Source of the DNA: Octopus vulgaris
Taxonomy: Eukaryota
Direction of reading: 5' to 3'
Length of the DNA: 64,000 nt
Assembly (NCBI GenBank): GCA_951406725.2
Contig: OX597821.1
Location: 29,760,001-29,824,000 of the forward strand
Below, piece after piece: positions 1-13,515 of this stretch. The position numbers were made by a program, and so were the translations under genes. The notes beneath the pieces were generated by a model that did not search any database, had not been told where the DNA came from, and was given only the letters and a program-made list of their open reading frames with translations. Within the stretch, counting starts at the first letter, position 1. Every line of letters starts with the position of its first letter.

Positions 1-1200
1 TGTCTCATACTGTTTCGGCCCGGAATGACATCAAGAGCAAACATACGTGAGTATCAGAGAACGCTCAGTCATTTCATCTTAATTTCAATTGGTTATTCTT
101 CAACTAGTCGAACCACTGTTTGTTCATCGTCGAAACCGACGTAGAACTCAACATTTTGTACAAACAAATCAAATAGTACTTCGGTACTTTCCTATTTTGT
201 ATTCAAATCCTGATGGGTTTAACGTTTCTTCTCCTTATTATCGTAAAACCGATCTCAGTAATATATTACGCTATATTATTTCTTCTAAAATCTTTGGTCA
301 TTATTTTTGTCACATTGCTTTGATTTTGCTCAGATGAAAATTCTTAAGATGTATTGTTGTATTCCGATGAAATATGATTCTTAACTGTAGTCAACCGTAA
401 CTTTAAAAAGAATAAATTTAACCATATCGGATTTCGAGCTCGAAGGACCTGTGAAGTCTATGATCGTAACTTCTTTACTCCAGGACAATCTGCTCCCACT
501 CTAGCCCTCACCCACAAAAAATAAAAATAAAACCAACTAAATTCGAACATAAGACGTAATAGGAAGTAAAAGCCACCCGATATTAGTTCGATGCTATCTA
601 TTTCAGAAGCTTCACTTCCATATGCTAATGAAATCTAAAATAATTTCAGTCAAACTTCGCTTATCTGGACATCAATTATCCAAATACAATCTCAAGATCA
701 CATAAATATTTATTAATCACATTCTGTGTAACTGAAACCCGAGAATTATACTTACGCAACCGTTTCCTTTTTGTTGACGGTGATTAAAAGTGAATTCGTA
801 TAACTAAAGAATATGTAAAAATGTTACATCAAAGAAGTATTACTGAAATTGATGTAATGACCACGTCTGTTATTTTACAATTATTAAAGTACCATGTGTC
901 GATACGGTCTGTTAGTTTCATCTCAATCGATCACTTTAAACGTTGTGTAAATAAGTTAACAATAAAGTTTATAGAAAATCTGAAAGATTTAACTGAGTGG
1001 AAAAAAAAAAAAAATCAGCAGGGTTCTTCCTGAGTATATATATTTCTAACAAATAATCGAATTTCCAGCTGTTATTATGATCGCGAAAATAAAGCGAACG
1101 CAAATATTCGTATGCTCAGGATTCAATGAAGGTAAAACAAATCACATTTTATTGCAGAAACCCTCCTTCGTAATTCCTCTGGTTATTAATGTCAGCTAAC

Positions 1201-1615
1201 GGATCTTTTCGGTTTGAACGGCAGTTTTTAACATAATTTCCAGGTAACTAAAAAATTTTAAACTTCGTATACTGGTAGAATGTGTTTATAAAACATCTTT
1301 TTCTCTTGGCTTTATTGAGAAAATTTTATAGTTTATAAGATATTTGTGTTTTTTTTTCTTCAATTTCTGCAATTTCAACCAATCAGTGACGTCTATTGAG
1401 TTAAAAAGCATTCTGTGCCGTATGAATATGTCCCTCGTTTAAGAAACAGATCGGGTTTATTTACATTTCTGAAGAAAAAAAAGATATCCTTCCCTCACCC
1501 CTAACCCTAACCCTAAAACAGATTGAAATGCAATAGATCGATACTAGGGTCACAATTATGGGTGACAATTTCATATGACACCGCTAAAAAACTGCCGTTC
1601 AAACCGAAAAGATCC
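1201..1615 (+). mobile_element. Non-autonomous DNA transposon (MITE), Merlin-like, copy 1
   Basis: 29-bp TIR GGATCTTTTCGGTTTGAACGGCAGTTTTT at both ends; perfect 8-bp TSD CAGCTAAC (1193-1200, 1616-1623); internal (CCCTAA)n; five more copies in the window. A GG-starting TIR with an 8-bp TSD fits Merlin. Confidence 0.9.
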
Positions 1616-2677
1616 CAGCTAACTTGAAGGAGCTCCAGTAGTTCCATTTTCCTTCCAGTTCCCAAATTCGTGTCGCTTATGCACAGCCGTAATGTTGGCA
1701 ATATGATCGTCAGAAAAGCTACTAATTACACAGTCGATAAGTTCTCTCACCTCAAAGATTTCAGCCCATCTTCTGGTTCTTTGCTTATGAGATTTCGGCT
1801 TTTGCAGAATCCCCCAACTTAAGATGACTTGATAAATACCACTCCTGCTTGCTGTTGTAGCAATTCATAAAGTGAATATTAGAGGGCGATATAACATCGA
1901 ATTGTGTCATATTTTACAACGGTCTGGCAACAAAGACACTTTTACCTGTCCGCTTAATCTAACAAGAAGTAACAGCAAGATTTTCATTAAATTACATCCT
2001 TCAGACTTAAGGGAATGGCTTACTGGATAAGTCAATCCTATAAAGACAAGACGGTCGCGGTATTAATGCCTTTTGATGATAGTTCAGCTCTGTCAGAGCT
2101 AACATGGAATTAAACGACAATTGTCTCGACCATAGATAAATGTAAGCCGAATATAGATAGGATATAAGCCGTAAGATAATTCAACTGATCTTTTCTTTTT
2201 TGACATTTCGACTGATTGGTGGAGTCCTAATGCGAACGCTGATCTATTAGCTCTCTGTCGTAGGGAATTCTGGGAGAGAAAGAGAAAGAGAGAGAGGGGG
2301 AGGAAGCGCGGAAAACGATCTCCGCTATTTGACTGATCTTTTATTTATCAAAATAGGAAAAAAAGATAAAATTGGCCTCCAGTGGAATTTGAACTTAGAA
2401 GCCAGAGAACCTAAACATATATCTCAAGTCATTCTATCCTCATACTCTAACAACTTGGTACATAAGTAATTCGCTGTTCTCTTGAGTTGATAGAGCAGCA
2501 GCAAATCGATTCGGCTACTATTGATATTCCTCCTATGTCTATATAATATTCAGTTACAGGAAGTAGTAGAATCATTAGCATGCCGGATAAAATACTTATC
2601 GATATTTCATCCGTCTTTATGCTTTGTGTTCAAATTCTATCGAGGACAAATTTGCCTTTCAGGCTTTCGGAAATGGG

Positions 2678-3292
2678 TAAAGACAGACGAAATACCTATT
2701 TCTTTATTACCCACAAGGGGCTAAACACAGAGGGGACAAACAAGGACAGACAAAGGTATTAAGTTGATTACATCGACCCCAGTGCGTAACTGGTACTTAT
2801 TTAATCGATCCCGAAAAGATGAAAGGCAAAGTCGACCTCGGCGGAATTTGAACTCAGAACGTAGCAGCAGAGGAAATACCTATTTTTTACTACCCACAAG
2901 AGGTTAAACATAGAGGGGACAAACAAGGACAGACAAACGGATTAAGTCGAGTACATCGACCCCAGTGCGTAACTGGTACTTAATTTATCGATCCCGAAAG
3001 GATGAAAAACTAAGTCGACCTCGGCGGAATTTGAACTCAGAACGTAACGGCAGACGAAATACCTATTTCTTTACTACCCACAAGGGGCTAAACACAGAGG
3101 GGACAAATGAGAAACAAACGGATTAAGTCGATTATATCGAGCCCAGTGCGAAACTGGTACTTAATTTATCGACCCCGAAAGAATGAAAAGCAAAGTCGAC
3201 CTCGGCGGAATTTGAACTCAGAACGTAACGGCAGACGAAATACGGCTACGCATTTCGCCCGGTGTTCTAACGTTTCTGCCAGCTCACCGCAC
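2678..3292 (-). mobile_element. Head-to-tail array of three ~185-bp units of a tRNA-derived SINE (Meta-like central domain) with a single head
   Basis: On the minus strand, A-box-like GGCAGAAACGTTAG, B-box GAGTTCAAATTCC and body CCTTTCATCCTTTCGGGGTCGATAAATTAAGTACCAG. Units are joined at GAAATAGGT/ATTT(C/T). The domain name is from recall. Confidence 0.85.
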
Positions 3293-3730
3293 CTTAGTGG
3301 ATAAAATATCAGTGGAGTCCTGGAATCGATGTTATCATCAAGCAACCTTCCCTCAAATTTCAGGTCTCACATTTTAAGTGGAAAGTACTATTCAGTTAAA
3401 AGGGGTTTTGAAATATATATTTTCACTTACCAGTTGCTGTTTTCGGTGATATCAGGTGCAGTGAGATAAATTTGTCGAAGGTTTCGTTCAAAGAATGTCT
3501 TCTCTTCCCCGTTTCACTTTTCTGTAACCTCATTCTCTGCTCTCCTCGCGCCTCTTTCTCTCTTTCTTTCTTTCTTTCTCGGTTGCTTTACCCTTTTGCT
3601 TTCAAATGCAGTCAATTCACTTGATATCTTTGTTGAAAGCAAAGTTTCTAATTGTTGCCAGAATCACACACACTCACGCGCGCGCACACACACACACTCA
3701 CTCACACACACACATACACACACACACACA

Positions 3731-3768
<38 letters not shown>

Positions 3769-4416
3769 TTATCTCAAACACTTTTATATAGGCGTAGAAT
3801 ACAACTCACATCTCGCTCAAATATGTGTACGTGTGTGTGTGTGTGTGAGTGTGTGTGCGTGTGTGTGCGTGTGTGTGCTTCTGTGTTTATATGTATGTAT
3901 GTATGTATGTATGCATGTATTACGTCACACTCACCCTTACTTGCTCGCAATACAGACTCACTCCTGTTCTCTCCAAACTTCTTATCTACGCTCTCTTTCT
4001 GTCAGTCCGTCTGACTGTCCGTCTGTCTGTCACTCTCGCTTTGCCCCTCCCTCACCCTCACTCACACCCACACACTCTAAAACATCAAACGGAAGATTCA
4101 GTTATCACCCAAATCTTACCCCCAGTCGGATGCCAACCTTGAACAGTAACAACAACAACAACGAAGAGAAGAAGCGCTGTTAGACGCGCATAACTTAACA
4201 GCATTTGTCTAAGTAAACATGATGTATGTTACATACAATTGATGAAGAGTTGAGCACCAAATCACACTTATTGTTATGAATGGATGGTTGAAAGGAGGCT
4301 GGGAGAGAGAGAGAGAGTAGGGAAGGAGGATAGAAAGATAGCGGAGATATAGATAAGAAGATGAATAGATGGTTATGTGTTTGTATGTGTGTTGAATGTG
4401 TGAAATATAATAATGA

Positions 4417-4993
4417 TTTCAAATCTTGGCACAAGGCCAGCAATTTCGGGGGAGAGGAAACCGATTACATCGACCCCAGTGTTCGACTGGTACTTATTTT
4501 ATCGATCTCGAAAGGATGAAAGGCGAAACCGACCTCGTTAGAATTAGAACTTATTACGCAAAGACGGACGAAATACCTATTTCTTTACTACCCACAAGGG
4601 GCTAAACACAGAGAGGACAAACAAGGACTGACAAACGAATCAAGTCGATTATATCGACCCCAGTGCGTAACTGGTACTTAATTTATCGACCATGAAAGGA
4701 TGAAAGGCAAAGTTGACCTCGGCAGAATTTGAACTCAGAACGTAGCGGCAAACGAAATACCTATTTCTTTATTACCCACAAGGGGCTAAACACAGAGGGG
4801 ACAAACAAGGACAGACATAGGTATTAAGTCGATTACATCGACTCCAGTGCGTAACTGGTACTTAATTTATCGACCCCGAAAGAATGAAAGGCAAAGTCGA
4901 CCTCGGCGGAATTTGAACTCAGAACGTAGCGGCAAACGAAATACCGCTGAGCATTTCGCCCGATGTGCTAACGATTCTGCCAGCTCACCGCCT
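4417..4993 (-). mobile_element. SINE array: two young units fused to an older-subfamily copy
   Basis: Same unit and junction as 2678-3292; the last unit has the alternative tail TTGCTGGCCTTGTGCCAAGATTTGAAAT. Confidence 0.85.
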
Positions 4994-5015
4994 TTACTGA
5001 TTCACTATAATGCTG

Positions 5016-5270
5016 GAGGAGCGTGGCTTAGGGATTAGGGTATTGGACTCATGATCGTGAGATTGCGGTTTCGATTCCTGGACCAGGCGACGCGTTGTGT
5101 TCTGGAGCAAAACACTTAATTTCACGTTACTCCAGTCCACTCAGCTGGCAAAAGTGAGTAACTCTGCGACAGACCGGCGTCCTGTCCAGGTGGGGAATAC
5201 TTACGCCAGAGAAAACGGGAAACGGGCCCTGTGAGCCTAAATGATTCGGAAAGACACTTTACTTTACTCT
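5016..5270 (+). mobile_element. tRNA-derived SINE with CORE-like segment and V-domain-like 3' part
   Basis: A box TGGCTTAGGGA, B box GGTTTCGATTCC, CORE-like GTTCTGGAGCAAAACACTT, V-like GCGACAGACCGGCGTCCTGTCCAGG. Confidence 0.7.
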
Positions 5271-5570
5271 CTGTTACGTGTTCGGTATTTGGTATCTAAA
5301 TTTCATTACGATTACTGCCACTACAACCGTTTTATATTACAGTCACAATCCATTACGACCACAAACTGATTAAGAGTAAAACTTATCCACGGTAACCACA
5401 AACCCATCAAATTCACGATGGCGAATTACATTGCTAACTGACGTGTGAGATGTTGATTGGCTAGGTTTGAAGATTTTGCTTTTAAGTGTCCATTTCATGA
5501 TGATTAGAATAAAGACGATTATATATATATATATATACATGTGTATGTAAGAGCATATATCACATATATT

Positions 5571-5658
<88 letters not shown>

Positions 5659-5761
5659 TAATCCAAACATGAAAGCACAAAAAACACAACAACGCGAGGA
5701 CGTGGAACAAATATAGTATTACTGGACGCTCAGGAAAGAAGGAAAGAAGGAAAGAAGGAGG

Positions 5762-5797
5762 GTTTAACGTTTCGAGCGGAGCTCTTCGTCGGAAACA
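5762..5797 (-). ncRNA. Minimal type-I hammerhead-like motif (U4C core variant) in a ~180-bp insert (5654-5833) between (TA)n tracts
   Basis: Minus strand: GTTT-CCGACGA-A-GAGC tcc GCTC-GAAA-CG-TT-AAAC; stems I and II pair; palindromic AACGTT in place of stem III. Confidence 0.55.
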
Positions 5798-6450
5798 TAG
5801 AAGGAAAGATCCAGAGAAGGGAATCTAACAACCTATATATATATATATATATACATACATACATACATACATACATACATACATACATACATACATACAT
5901 ACATACATGCATGCATACATAAAACAAGGGAACTTTCCCAAGTTACTATCCTGCAGCAAATGAGCGCACACACAAGACACACATAATATATATAAAATTT
6001 TCGTTGGAAATAATTCAAAATTTGTTCTCAGTACATAATAGAAATATATAGTTTACTCTCAGCTACTCTTTGTCTTCTGACATGTTGCTATAAAGCCTAG
6101 GTTGATCCGTCATATGCGTCATCCAGAGGTTAAATACATTTCGCGTGCTGTATGTGTATTTACGTGACTGATGCAATTGCCAACGTTGCTGCACATACTT
6201 AGCAATGTGCCAGTTATGTATTTTGCTTTGTGCAGGTCACAGGTGCATCAGTGTTTTCCAGCTTTCTACTAAATTTTGTGAAATGCTGAAAGGTATGTAT
6301 AAATTTCATAAATGAATATTCCAAAGATTGAACGTTTATTAGAAAACAGTTTTTTTTTAAAGCTGATAGTAGAATATGTATTTATACGTTCAATATGTTG
6401 CATAGCAAAGGCGGCGAACTGGCAGAATGGTTAGCACATCGGGAAAAATA

Positions 6451-7585
6451 TGGGGTCATCCCACGAATAATGCAGTTTTTTTCAATTGCATGAACTAAAA
6501 GTCGGAGGGAGATGGGATAAACTACCTGCATCAACTTACTATAAAAGCAGGTAATAATTTTCCTAGTGCTTATTCTTAGTGCGAGTTTTGAAGAGGGCAG
6601 TTTGATTTTAACATTTATTTTTTCAAAGCTACAATGGAAGTGACAAAGGAACATATTCGGCACATTTTGCTTTATGAGTTCAATAAAGGCAACTACACAA
6701 CTGAAAGGGCGAGGAATATTAATGTAGTATATAGGGATCGGACAATAAACGTAAGCCATTGTCAACGGTGGCTCCAGAAATTCTGTGCTGGAAACTAAAG
6801 CCTAGAAGGCAAGCCTCGTTCAGGAAGATCTGTAGAGGTCGACGAGGACGTCCTGGTGCAAACAAATCTCATCGTAACTGTTGAGGAACTTGCAGAAAAG
6901 CTTGTATTTGGTCATTCAACCATTCATCGACACCTGCGTGCTATCGGAAAAGTCAGCAAATTGGGTCAGTGGATTCCTCACAAACCATCCGAATCTAATC
7001 GTCCGCAGAGAGTGATTGTTTGCTCTTCTTTACTCTCACGTATCACAAATGAACCTATTTTCGGACCGAATAGTGACTGGTGAGAGAAATGGGTTCTCTA
7101 TAAAAATGTCAAGAACCCTAGGTAGTGGTTAGGGAAAGGAGAAAATCCGGCACCCCAGGCTAAAGAAGGTCTTCACTCACGTATGATATTGTTATCTGTT
7201 TGGTGGGATATGAAAGGTTTAGTCTTGTTTGAACTTTTAAACTGAAAACAAATGATAACAAAGAAGATCTACTGCGAGCAGCTTAAGCAGCTTAAGTCAG
7301 TGCTCGAAGAATAAGGATCACCTTTGGTCCATCAGGATAATGCTCGCCCACATACTGTGATGATGACATTCCAAAGGCTGGAGCAGTTTGAATGGGAACC
7401 GATGCCCTACCCATCCACGGACAAGTGAATTTTGGAAGAGGTGCCTTACAAGTCTAACAGATGGATGGTAGAGCATCGTAGAAAATGAAGGAGAGTATAT
7501 ATCAGATTAAAAAAGAACTTTGTTTATCTTAATTTTTAAAAATACAAGAAGTATAAAAACACCAAATTATTTTTGGGATGACACA
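6451..7585 (+). mobile_element. Decayed mariner transposon inserted into a SINE (host SINE 6410-6450 plus 7588-7760)
   Basis: TIR TGGGGTCATCCC...GGGATGACACA after TA; transposase remnants MEVTKEHIRHILLYEFNKG (ATG at 6634), WIPH, IVTG-EKWVLY and HQDNARPH; stops, frameshifts and a C-terminal deletion. Confidence 0.9.
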
Positions 7586-7989
7586 AAACTTAGCGGCATA
7601 TCGTCCATCTGTATGTTCTGAGTTCAAATTCCGCCGAGGTAGAGTTGGCCTTTCATCCTTTCAAGGTCGATAAAATATGTAGCAGCTAAGTATCGGGGTC
7701 GATGTAATCGACTTAGGTTCCCCCACGAAATCACTGGTCTTGTGCCAAAATTTGAAACCAATACTGAGCATAGAAGAAAGTATAATGCTACAGGATATAT
7801 AAAGTGCAAAGTACAAACGATTTATTCTGCCTTCGCGTTACTCGGCAAAACAGCAGCATATTTCTTGATCAAGAGAAATAGAGACGCTGCAGGCACAATA
7901 AAAGCATAAGTTGCAATGGCCTGCTGCAAAGGCATTCTGCACTGTCCAGTGTTGTCAATCGTTCAGCTCAAATAACTTTTGCTAAGAGT

Positions 7990-9640
7990 TATTTTAGAAT
8001 CTGAACTGCAAGCAATATTCACGCATTTGGAAGAAATGTATTGCCATAATAAGACTTTAATTAGCTCCCAACGAAATTTCAGAAACTGTGAAAGAGATGA
8101 ATGCCTCGTCTTTTTATAGTAAATCTATGAATACAAAACGTCAAGAAGAAGAAAAAAATTCCCTTTAATTGTGCTGCAATTTTCCAGAAAAGATTCTATT
8201 GCAGATGTAATCACGTTCATGTGAGACCCCCAGATGCTATAGGAAGAATCTGAAGAAAAACTTGTTGCAGATTCTAAAGTTGATACTGAGAAATGTACAG
8301 CTGTTGGTGGAGACAACACGAACATGGTGGACGCTGCACAAATTTTCAATAGTATCTATCTAAAATTGGAGCAAAGCAAGATGAATTCTATAAGAGTAGG
8401 CCAACCAACTAATATTCTGTATAATGTTTATCAAACTACAACTAATGTTCTTTCAATTGATGCAGAAATTGTTGTCTGACTTCAGTATTTGTATTGGCCG
8501 AATTGAAAAATTAAGAAAGTCTGTGAGTTTGTATTTACCTCAGTTCTCTCATATTCTAAAATTCTTTGTCATCATTAATTAAATCAGGGAAGAGAATCAA
8601 CACTTTATTCAAAGTATTGAAATGTTACTTACGTACCGAAAAAAAATTCATGAAAATCCTTGTTTCTATTTTCAATTTATTGAGCGAAGTTTGTTTATTT
8701 CATGATCATAGTTTTCAATATCTTTTTAGCTATAGAATTTTGCAAACTAAAAAAAAAAAGTGCAAACAGCATTAACGAGGAACTCATTAACTATGTAACA
8801 GAAAGAATTAATGAAAGGTTTATCCCTCTAAGTATCAAGGATTGCCTTAATGGTGACGACATTAAGTTTGAACAGAAAAGAAATTCCGACTTGAAGTGGA
8901 TAATTATCGCAGCAATTGCTATGAATAACGTGTGGAATGGACTTCAGCTCTTGAAGAATTTGATGGTTTTACATGGATGTTATTAAATAGTCTTCCAACA
9001 TGGGAACAAGGGTTAAATTAGAATGGAGTAAAAATTGATGATAATGTTCTCTTTTGACATTGGAAAGCATTGAAAAAAAAAACTAAAACAAAACAAAAAA
9101 AAAAAAAATTCGTTGAACGAGAGATGCATTGTGAACCTGAAAAATACAAAAGAAAATTATGCTATGAAAAATGGCATTCAGTATTTCAACAAATTGAATT
9201 TTAAGCGCAATTTTCAGAGTTGCTAATTTTACGCCACAAGTTGTTCATCATACAGGCTTATAGCACTAATGCCGAGTGTGTGTTTTCATTAATGAAGGCT
9301 CAACAGACAAAAGACCGAAATAAACAGGATGTGACTACAATGGAAGCTATACAACAATGTAAGTGGAACCTAGATTGTCATTGCAAAGAATTTTATTATC
9401 AAGTACTGCAAAACGGAGACCTGTCAAGAAAAGTATTTCATAAGTGAAATGTGATTAAAGGTAAGTTATTTAAATTTTAAAATTGTATCAATTTATTTCA
9501 TTTCAACGTATTTTCCTGAGACCAATCATTTAATGTTAATCTCAGCATGTTTTAGGTATGTGTATGCACGAATTTAATAGTTATTTGATTTTGAATATAA
9601 AAATGTCCTATATTTGTGTTTACCAATTCTGGTAGTCCTA
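7990..9640 (+). mobile_element. Highly decayed hAT-like transposase remnant
   Basis: ORF 9220-9447 TNAECVFSLMKAQQTKDRN...CKWNLDCHCKEFY resembles the hAT C-terminal dimerisation region; right end CTGGTAGTCCTA is hAT-TIR-like; left boundary uncertain. Confidence 0.6.
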
Positions 9641-11544
9641 CGAGGAGGAGATAATTGATAATGAAAGAGCTGAGTGAAAAGCATTATTTCCGACGATATA
9701 TTCACCTGATAATACACGATATTGATTGTAGAATTGAGTTTCTTAAATCGGTAGAATTAATTTATAATTCAATAATGTTCAGTGATTAGCCGAGGCATTA
9801 TATCAATTGAGTGGCATGAAGATGGAAATGTTATAACAAAAGAAATTTACCGAGCCTTTATTCGAAATTTCACGAAAATCAAGGTATCTCCCAGTTCTAT
9901 TTATCGCTGTTTATTATAAATTTTGAACTATATCCCCTTTTATTGGCAGCCATTTTATATACTTAAAGCAAAATAATGCCATGTAGTGTTTCTTTATATT
10001 TTATCTTGCCCCCTTGGATATCTTTATTTGATTTTGTTTTGAGTTTTTACAAATATTTTATTCAATGTACGTACTAGATTGTATCTCTTGTTGTTTAAGG
10101 CCTAGGTCATCTGTGATAGCTCAGATCTATGATCAAAAGCGTTTCAGCCGAGACTGTCTTTACTTTTGTATGTAAGGGATTAAATTACTTAGTGCAAACG
10201 TCTCCGTCGTTTCTTCAGAACGATAAGGCATGGTTTCAGGATGATTTGTCTGATGTTTCCAGTCTAGTTCTTAATTATCTACTGTTGTTTTTTAAAAATC
10301 CAAGTCAACCTTGATGGTGCAGTTCTATGGTCAGAGACATTCCACTTATAACCATCTCACCTTTATTTTTGTTGGGAGCCTAAGACTATATTATCCAATG
10401 TTCCATAATTAAGGCTACAGCGTGATATGAGGATGCTATTTAAGGTTGGTCGAGCGGCCACAGTAGATTTCTCGTTGATTTGTAAAATTGTCTTGGTGGT
10501 GTTGTATTATGGGAAGTAACATACGGATTCTTGGATGATGCCACTTGAATTTAGTAAAAGATTTTCAAATTTTAAAAAAGTTTTGTTCGTTGATAAGGCG
10601 GTGAATTGGCTGGATCGTTAGGGTATCGGATAGAACGTCATGTGATATTGCTTTTGCTCTCTCTGATCTAAGTTCAAATTTCACCGAGATCAACTTGGAC
10701 TTTCGTCCCTTCGAGATCGTTAAATAATCTACCAAGCAAGAATTTTTTGCTGATGTTGTTTGAAGGAATTTTAGAGATGGTAGTTTTAATACTTTGTGTT
10801 TTAATTAGTCACTTTTTCTTAGAGGTAAGAATTCTAAATTCGCTGGGCGACGTATACGTATTCACAACAGTTTTGTAAATAAAGCACATCATTTTTGTAC
10901 TGCATAAACTTATCTAACTTTAGGGGTTATAGGATTATAGGTACCTGATGGACATGGGACTGCCATTTTTGGAGGAACAACGTCTTTCCCAAAGAGGAAA
11001 TTTCTGCTTCATTTAACACCACGACAGAAGAGCTAGTCCCTTGGTCATTGTATTCTCCTCGGATTTGAGGACATTTCGATTATTTTGGTTTTACCCGAGT
11101 TGATGGAATCGTGAAAGAAAGTTTCTGTTAGCTAAGCGTATCCTATACACATAGTATGAAGACGAAACAAATACTGCTGAACTACCTGGCAAAATAAATA
11201 GATAAATTAATAAATGCTGGAGACATATTCGTGACCAACTAAAAGAAATAACTGAGTATTGACTAGGAAGGAAAATATTTAGACCGAATTCCGTGACTTA
11301 ATATAACTCGTGTTGCTGTAGGGAAGAACAGGAATCTGAAGTTTGGTGTGGTCCTAGAGAATAAATCATGTTCGTTAGACGAAGAGACAATTAGGAATAA
11401 CAGAATCCTCTTCTTGTCACTGTTTACGAATTTCTCAAACTTATGAAATACACCGTATTACTATAGCCAACGCTGACGCTCACCTGTTCTACGCAGTGTG
11501 ATTAGTTTTTATCAGGGATTTAGGGATTAAATAACAAAGATTTC

Positions 11545-12000
11545 GGATTTTGTCGGTTTGAACGGCAGTTTTTAACATAATTTCTAAGTAACTAAAATAT
11601 TTTAAACTTCGTATACTAGTAGAATGTGTTTATAAAACATCTTTTTCTCTTTGTCTTTATTGAGAAAATTCTATAGTTTGTAAGATATTTGTTGTTTTTT
11701 TTCTTCAATTTCAATTTCTGCAATTTCAACCAATCAGTGACGTCTATTGAGTTAAAAAGCATTCTGTGCCGTATGAATATGTCCCTCGTTTAAGAAACAG
11801 AATGTGTTTATTTACATTTGTGAAGAAAAAAAGATATCCTTCCACCACCCTAACCTTAACCCTGACCCTAACCCTAACCCTAACTAACCCTAACCCTAAA
11901 AGAGATTGAAATGCAATAGATCGATTCTAGGGTCATAATTATGGGTGATAATTTCATATGATCCCGCTAGAAAAAACTGCCGTTCAAACCGAAAAAACCC
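11545..12000 (+). mobile_element. Merlin-like MITE, copy 2
   Basis: Full-length match to 1201-1615; slightly decayed TIRs; expanded (CCCTAA)n tract at ~11848-11898; TSD degenerate. Confidence 0.88.
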
Positions 12001-12689
12001 AAATTTCTCTTTGGGTATGTGGGTGTTATTATTGAATCGAAACTGCTGTTATATTGGTATTCGATTTCTCAGTTCCCAGAGGGATAGAAAGCATACTGAA
12101 TGTAGTATGATTTGAACTCTGGTAGACAGTATCGGATATGTATGTAACTAATTACTACTTTTTGTTTGTCGCTTCTACTGTTTTAGCCGCTTTATAACCT
12201 TTAAAAATGTTCGCAGCAACTAAAGTAATAAAAAACATTTATAGCCATTCCAGTAGCATTAGTCTAGTAATTTTCCAGCATCTACACGTCAGCAGGTGGA
12301 ATGTGGAAACTTTTACACAAGGAATATGATTAAATAGATGGTTGGCATCTGTAAGAAAATTAGAATGACTTACGGCTTTCAAACATGAAATAACAGCATA
12401 ACTGAAGCAGGGAAAATCGGCAGTAGGGCTGAAGAAAAGTTCTACAGAGGAGCTTCTGCCAAATGAATTCACATACAATAGAGTCTCTAAACACAAATAG
12501 TAGAAAAAAACATCTATTAATTCAGATTATCCAAACAATAAGTAGATAAAATCTCCATGCATGGAGCAGAGGTGTTTGAAATCTAAAAACAAATCCTAAG
12601 GGAGACAATTTCAATTAACTGATAGTTATGGAAATAAAGACTGTGTAAATGAGAGTGACTGAGAATATCTTTAAAGCCAGCTCGTAACA

Positions 12690-12720
<31 letters not shown>

Positions 12721-13330
12721 GTAGCTGTGTGGTAAAAAGCTTGCTTTCCAACCACATGGTTCTGGGTTCAGTCCCACTGCGTGGAAATTTGGGCAAGTGT
12801 CTTCTACTATATATATTTCTTTACTACCCACAAGGGGCTAAACACAGAGGGGACAAACAAGGACAGACAAAGGGATTAAGTCGATTACATCGACCCCAGT
12901 GCGTAACTGGTACTTAATTTATCGACCCCGAAAGGATGAAAGGCAAAGTCGACCTCGGCGGAATTTGAACTCGGAACGTAACGACAGACGAAATACGGCT
13001 ACGCAGGTCGCCCGGCGTGCTAACGTTTCTGCCAGCTCAAGCCTCAGGGCAACCAAAGCCTTGTAAGTGAATTTAGCAGACGGAAACTGAAAGAAACCCG
13101 TCGTATATATATATGAATATACCTGTGTGTGTGTCTGTGTTTGTCCCCTACCCCACCGCTTGACAACTAGTGTTGGTGTGCTTATGTCCCCATAACTTAG
13201 CGGTTCGGGAAAAGATATCGATAGAATAAGTACCAGGTTTTAAAAAAAAGTACTGAGGTTTATACATTCGGCTAAAAATTCTTCATTGCGGTGCCAAGCA
13301 TGGCCGCAGTCTACTGACAAACAAAAACAG
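12721..13330 (+). mobile_element. CORE-like tRNA SINE interrupted by a Meta-like SINE (12814-13038, minus strand)
   Basis: Head GCTGTGTGGTAA...GGTTCAGTCCC; TTTGGGCAAGTGTCTTCTACTATA split from AGCCTCAGGGC; homologous to 36105-36505. Confidence 0.8.
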
Positions 13331-13515
13331 ATAGAAAAGTTTTATATATATATAAATATATATATATAATAAAAAATATAAGAGAGTGGTCACTATGTGG
13401 CTCACTCTAGCACTAGTAAATCCAAAAGGTTTCAACCACAAAAATACATGTTTCCCATGAAAGTCAGTACGATTGTTAGCTCACACGAACAGGGCAAAAA
13501 AAAATAACAAAAATA

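Noticed and set aside
4-38. Minus-strand TTGATG...GGCCGAAACAGTA hammerhead-like string
   Set aside because: Core and stem II are too degenerate, and it lies at the window edge.
2678-3292. CRISPR-like periodicity
   Set aside because: Units are ~185-bp SINE copies with no unique spacers or cas genes, in a eukaryotic context.
10900-11450. Possible old LINE fragment
   Set aside because: No motif could be read with confidence.
11848-11898. Telomere or chromosome fusion site
   Set aside because: The tract is internal to a MITE.
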